The translations under genes were made by a program, and so were the position numbers. From a virus (Duplodnaviria; Heunggongvirae; Uroviricota; Caudoviricetes): DNA of 64,000 nt. The stretch spans positions 63,909-127,908 of the IMG/VR virus record IMGVR_UViG_3300029509_000119. One strand, given 5' to 3'. A model generated the notes under the pieces. The model worked only from the letters and a program-made list of their open reading frames with translations, ran no database searches and was not told the origin of the DNA. This document shows, piece after piece, positions 59,819 through 64,000 of the stretch. Each line of letters opens with the position of its first letter. The stretch's first letter is position 1.

Positions 59819-62479
59819 ATGGCAAGAGACGGCTTCTATCGTCCGGAAAGCTTCATTAGTCCCGGCAGTGAATACGGTCTGCTTCGAGCGGCCACGCCGG
59901 ACAGGACCGTATGGCTGTATGCGAAGATTCCTTGGACGAGCGCACTGTTGGACGGTGCCGGTGATTCGAAACGCAAGGAAGCCGAACAGGGTTTCATGGC
60001 GTTCTTCGACGGATTGGCCGGTGAGGTCAGCGTGGCTGGCATGCGCTACCGTGACATTCTGAAAAGCGAATACAGGGAATTCCACCTGCTGACCGGTTCC
60101 ATGCCCATCCCCTACCGTCCGCCGGTCATGCAGCAGGATGATTTGAAAAGCTATCAGGCGTACTATTACCGTAATCTGAACGTGTGCAAGCAGTTCGCCG
60201 TAATCGGGGTTCCGTTGAAACTGGGTGGCGAGGGCGGAAGGAAGGGACGCAAACAGTCCCTCCTACGCAGAGCCACCACGAAATTCAATCAGCTTAGCTT
60301 CTCCATGGCGAACGGTTACGCCATGTTCGAGGAATACCTGCCCGACGCGCACCGTATCGAACGCATCATGCTGAACGCCGGTCTCATACCTTTCACCGTC
60401 ATGGAGGAAAGCGAACGGGAACAGCTGGTCGCGATGATGGAGACATGGTGGGTGAGCCGCGCGTCCGCATCAGCCCTTCCCATCATAGCCGAGAACGACC
60501 ATCTGCATTTCTTCCCCAACAGCAAGGTCTGCCAGAACGCGAAACGCCTGTACGATGAGGGAATCGACTGCGACCAGTGGAACATCGACAGTGAGTATCC
60601 GGCGTCAATCTGCTTCGCCAGAACCACCCAATTCGCCCAATCGGACATCACCGACCCGTCGAATCTTTGGATTGCGAAATTGATGGAGGTCGCCACTGCC
60701 GGTGGGGCGAACGCGGTCGGAACGTCAATTCGAGGAAAGGTCGAACCCGGCAAGGTGACCGCCGACACGATTCGCCGTAACGCCCGCACGATTGACGAGA
60801 ACATCAAGGAGCGTTACCAGCATGGGCGTGAGGCGTCCGCCGACATGACCGATTTGAAATATCGGTTGGACTATAAGAAAGCCATCTACAATTCGCCTGA
60901 AATGCCGCCGAGCATCATTGATTTGAGCGTGGCCGCCTGTGTGGCCGGTAACGCGCAGATGGCCGTTGACTCGTTGCAGAACATCCAGAACTTCGAGTTC
61001 ACGAATCTGACCACCGCCAACGAACAGTTGATGGCGTTCAAAAGCATGCAGGCGTGTTCGCCTGTCCGTATGACACCTTATGAGATTCACTGGTCGGCGA
61101 CCTGCGTGGCCGGTGGCGGCGTAAGCAGTTTCGCCAAGGCCGGTGACGATACGGGCGCGTTGGTCGGATTGACGGAAGCGAACCGGCAGCCCGTGTATGT
61201 GGGCACCACGACGGTGCAGGACAAGGACACGCGACCGGGCATTCTGGTCATCGGCGAGACCGGTTCCGGCAAGTCCATGCTGCTGGTGAGCCTGTTTTTG
61301 CAGTGGATGCTGATTGACTCGCGTAGCGGCAAAGGTAAGACGCCCTGCATTCTCGTCAATCCGAAGGAAGGCAACGATTTCGAGGACGCGGTACTGTCCC
61401 GCAACGGAACCGTGCTCAGAATGGACTCCGACATCGCCGATGGCACATTCGACCCGTACAACGTGCTCCGCAGCGAGGAGGAGGCCAAGGATATGGCCGC
61501 CATCATGATTTCCGACATCCTCAAACCCGACGGCGACACCTCCTACGAGCTGACCGTCAAGGCGATGCTGGACTACGGGTACAAGAAAGGCGGTCGTTGC
61601 TGCGGAACGATTCTCTACAAGGCCGCGACGGACTTCCGCGCCCTCCAACAGGCGGGCGAGGACCCTTCCAAATACAATCTGTATCCGGACACGTTGGAAG
61701 TGTTCAAAATGGTTACGATGAGCGTCAACACCAACCAATCATTGAGGCTCATCTTCGGCACCAACGACAACGTGACCCCGTTGCGGGTCAGCCAGAACTT
61801 GACCCTCATCAACGCGGGCGACCGTTCCATGATTCCAGAACGAGGTGCCGAGAACACCGTCACCGGACGTATCCAACGTTGGGTTCTCCGCATGATTGTG
61901 TTCGGAGCCGGTGCGGCGGTGAGTGAACGAGACGGCATGGTCGGAATCGACGAGGCTTGGGCGATTCTGGGCGAGGACAAGGGTGCCGCCAAGGTGAACG
62001 AGTGGATGCGTACCGCGCGTTCCCGCCGTTTCACTCCGGTGTTCGCCTCGCAGAAGGTCAAGGAGTTCATCAACGCGGGCATGACGGGCGGTATCGGCCG
62101 AGCGTTTCTGCTGGCATTGGACGACCCGATTCAGGATTCCCCGGCGCGAGACGCATTGCGGCTGTTGCAGATTGAGGATTCCGGCAATCGTATCCGCTCC
62201 CGCATGAGCATGGGCGACACGAAGGAGAATGACGACCCGAACTGGTCTGGCATGAGGCGTCTGCGCGTCAAAGACAAGGAGACCGGCAAAGACAAGACCA
62301 TTCGCGGTGCCATCGCCTATTTCAAGGATTCCAGCAAACAGCCCGTACCCGTCGAGGTCATCATCCCGACTGACCTGTTGAAGGAAATCTCCACGACGGC
62401 GACCGACAAGATTCGTCGCGAGGAGGAGAAGAAGAAAGCAATGCAAGCGTTTGAAACGCAGGAAGGACAAGAACAGTGA
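59819..62479 (+). CDS. VirB4-like type IV secretion ATPase (TrbE/CagE/PrgJ family)
   Basis: 886 aa. Walker A 'VIGETGSGKSMLL'. Walker B 'MVGIDEAWAIL' (DEAW is typical of VirB4). Confidence 0.75.
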   Translation: MARDGFYRPESFISPGSEYGLLRAATPDRTVWLYAKIPWTSALLDGAGDSKRKEAEQGFMAFFDGLAGEVSVAGMRYRDILKSEYREFHLLTGSMPIPYRPPVMQQDDLKSYQAYYYRNLNVCKQFAVIGVPLKLGGEGGRKGRKQSLLRRATTKFNQLSFSMANGYAMFEEYLPDAHRIERIMLNAGLIPFTVMEESEREQLVAMMETWWVSRASASALPIIAENDHLHFFPNSKVCQNAKRLYDEGIDCDQWNIDSEYPASICFARTTQFAQSDITDPSNLWIAKLMEVATAGGANAVGTSIRGKVEPGKVTADTIRRNARTIDENIKERYQHGREASADMTDLKYRLDYKKAIYNSPEMPPSIIDLSVAACVAGNAQMAVDSLQNIQNFEFTNLTTANEQLMAFKSMQACSPVRMTPYEIHWSATCVAGGGVSSFAKAGDDTGALVGLTEANRQPVYVGTTTVQDKDTRPGILVIGETGSGKSMLLVSLFLQWMLIDSRSGKGKTPCILVNPKEGNDFEDAVLSRNGTVLRMDSDIADGTFDPYNVLRSEEEAKDMAAIMISDILKPDGDTSYELTVKAMLDYGYKKGGRCCGTILYKAATDFRALQQAGEDPSKYNLYPDTLEVFKMVTMSVNTNQSLRLIFGTNDNVTPLRVSQNLTLINAGDRSMIPERGAENTVTGRIQRWVLRMIVFGAGAAVSERDGMVGIDEAWAILGEDKGAAKVNEWMRTARSRRFTPVFASQKVKEFINAGMTGGIGRAFLLALDDPIQDSPARDALRLLQIEDSGNRIRSRMSMGDTKENDDPNWSGMRRLRVKDKETGKDKTIRGAIAYFKDSSKQPVPVEVIIPTDLLKEISTTATDKIRREEEKKKAMQAFETQEGQEQ

Positions 62480-63246
62480 GCTATAAGGATTTCTTCGGCG
62501 AGAACCGTCCGACCCCCAGCAAAAAGCGGGACGAGCCGAACATGACCCCATTGTCCCCACCGAAGTTCGATACCACGCCAGTGGTGGAGAAATATGACGT
62601 CATGGCTTTCCAAGGTTTCTCCAGCGGCAGACCGTTGCTGTTGGAGAAACCCACCAAGTATGTGAACCGTATCGTCAATTCGATGAAGCAGATTATCGCC
62701 GTTCCGGAGAACGACCAGCATGGCGGCGTCGAGGGAAGAGTATACCTGTCCCCTATTTTCACGCTTCCCGTGGCATTGCTCCATGAGGGAGACAAAATCG
62801 GCGACGAGACCGTGAACCGATACCCCTACCTGCATTTCCCGTCGAACCATGTTTGGGACGCCGACGAAATCAGTCTGGATGAATACCTGCTCGCCATCGA
62901 ATACATGTTCGTCATTCACGACGTCGCGCAGGAGGACACCGCTGGAAACCTGCTCACCTATGGCGTGGACGGCGATTACACGATGGACGACGACGCGTGG
63001 AAGACCGCTTGCGAATGGTCTAGGGAAATCAGCAAACCATTGTCCGACCTCAACCGTGGCCGACTGTTGGGATTCGCAATCAACAGTCAAAGCGAACGGG
63101 AGGTGGATACGGTTGCCGACCTGTTCGACCTTTGGGGAGAGGAAAGGGAGCCGCAGCAGATTCTCTCCGACGCGCAAACCGCTGCGGGCGATGTGGAAGA
63201 CCTTTACGATATGGTGTTCAGCATTCCCTTCGAACCATTCCACTGA
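62476..63246 (+). CDS. hypothetical protein (T4SS operon member)
   Basis: Start overlaps the VirB4-like stop. 256 aa, acidic. The antisense ORF 62317..63243 has antisense-like composition. Confidence 0.5.
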   Translation: MSYKDFFGENRPTPSKKRDEPNMTPLSPPKFDTTPVVEKYDVMAFQGFSSGRPLLLEKPTKYVNRIVNSMKQIIAVPENDQHGGVEGRVYLSPIFTLPVALLHEGDKIGDETVNRYPYLHFPSNHVWDADEISLDEYLLAIEYMFVIHDVAQEDTAGNLLTYGVDGDYTMDDDAWKTACEWSREISKPLSDLNRGRLLGFAINSQSEREVDTVADLFDLWGEEREPQQILSDAQTAAGDVEDLYDMVFSIPFEPFH

Positions 63247-63278
63247 TTTTCCTCCACCTATGGGAAAAATTCTGTTAA

Positions 63279-63315
63279 CTTGGAAGAGACGGCAAAATTC
63301 TCTTCCAAGTTTTTT
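63279..63315 (+). terminator. rho-independent terminator
   Basis: cttggaagag-acggcaaaatt-ctcttccaag, a perfect 10-bp stem, then TTTTTT. Confidence 0.5.
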
Positions 63316-63347
63316 GTAAGGCGGGCACGGTGCGAAGTTTCGGAAAA

Positions 63348-64000
63348 ATGGCGGCTATGGGAATGGCCGGACTGCTGCTCTTCGACCTGACGTTGGCTGT
63401 CGGCGTGGCCAGCATGAGCACGGTTTCCAATACGGCCATGATGTCGATACGTTCAAACGGATGCACTCCGACCTCCGTTAAAGACGATTCGGACTCCGAG
63501 GGTGCCGGTTCCTCTTCCGACTTCAAATCCAACGATGTCGCCACCAGAATAGCCGAAGCGTTCGCTTCGGCGGGATTCTCCAAAGCGGCAACGGCTGGTG
63601 TACTGGGCAACGTGTATGCCGAATCCGGTTTCGTGGCAGACAGAAGCAGCGGCGACAATGGCTATGGTCTTGGACAATGGACTCCCCGAAGCAAAATCCG
63701 CGCTTGGATGGACGCTAACGGGATGGGGGATACTCCCGATTCCGATGAGGCCGGGCAGATAAAAATGCTTGTCGCAACAGCCAAAAGTTCCTTCAACAAC
63801 CATTACCTGTCAAATGCGAAATCGGAGATAACCGTCAAAAACGACAGCCTGTATGATACGTGGCATGATGCCAGCGACCCGGAAGTGGCCGCAGTCGCGT
63901 GGATGGCCGGATGGGAAAGGCCGAATTGGGCGTCCCGGAATGAGGACGTTCGCAAACAGGTTGCCAAGGATTACTACGACAAAGGATTGAACGGCGTCTC
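63348..64000 (+). CDS. conjugation-associated peptidoglycan hydrolase, phage-tail-lysozyme-like domain (partial, continues past window end)
   Basis: ATG at 63348. N-terminal TM/signal 'MAAMGMAGLLLFDLTLAVGVASM'. 'AATAGVLGNVYAESGF...GYGLGQWT' resembles the phage tail lysozyme / CwlT-type motif. No stop before 64000. Confidence 0.55.
   Translation, partial: MAAMGMAGLLLFDLTLAVGVASMSTVSNTAMMSIRSNGCTPTSVKDDSDSEGAGSSSDFKSNDVATRIAEAFASAGFSKAATAGVLGNVYAESGFVADRSSGDNGYGLGQWTPRSKIRAWMDANGMGDTPDSDEAGQIKMLVATAKSSFNNHYLSNAKSEITVKNDSLYDTWHDASDPEVAAVAWMAGWERPNWASRNEDVRKQVAKDYYDKGLNGV

Overview
High-GC (Actinobacteria-type, compositionally Bifidobacterium-like) conjugative plasmid or megaplasmid segment. From left to right: a partial minus-strand gene; an XRE-HTH regulator with an ImmA-like metallopeptidase; a minus-strand cargo operon containing an orphan beta-class DNA methyltransferase; a DUF1524 nuclease-like protein with surface proteins; an AT-rich origin with about seven 22-bp iterons and a Rep initiator; a ParA/centromere-binding partition pair; and a minus-strand type IV secretion block (large VirB6/TrbL-like membrane protein, small membrane proteins, VirD4/TraG-like coupling ATPase, ParA/MinD-like ATPase). 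Further right there is a ~600-bp strongly pyrimidine-rich, A-depleted intergenic tract; an 8-gene minus-strand operon with a classical AAA+ ATPase and two tandem paralogues; and dnaB helicase, a flotillin/SPFH protein and an orphan Arch_ATPase-type protein. A ~25-kb array of about 45 small co-directional + strand genes (34.3-59.7 kb) then runs directly into a VirB4-like ATPase and a cell-wall hydrolase. That array contains anti-restriction and anti-defence candidates: ArdC-like, Lar-like, a DnaQ-like exonuclease, a pentapeptide-repeat-LRR fusion, an RNA ligase next to a HAD phosphatase, an ATP-grasp enzyme, HEAT/LRV repeat proteins and a HicB-like antitoxin. It is interrupted by one IS605-family tnpB insertion. 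The most striking feature is a ~26-nt near-identical promoter/leader element (TGnTATACTGGAATyGTTCACACAAA), present in at least 20 copies in front of individual genes or small operons on both strands. Two sites carry an inverted partial copy next to a full copy. This suggests a single coordinately controlled regulon, possibly under the ImmR/ImmA-like pair. No relaxase, integrase, rRNA, tRNA or CRISPR array was recognised. All calls rest on reading the sequence and on remembered family motifs; no database searches were run.
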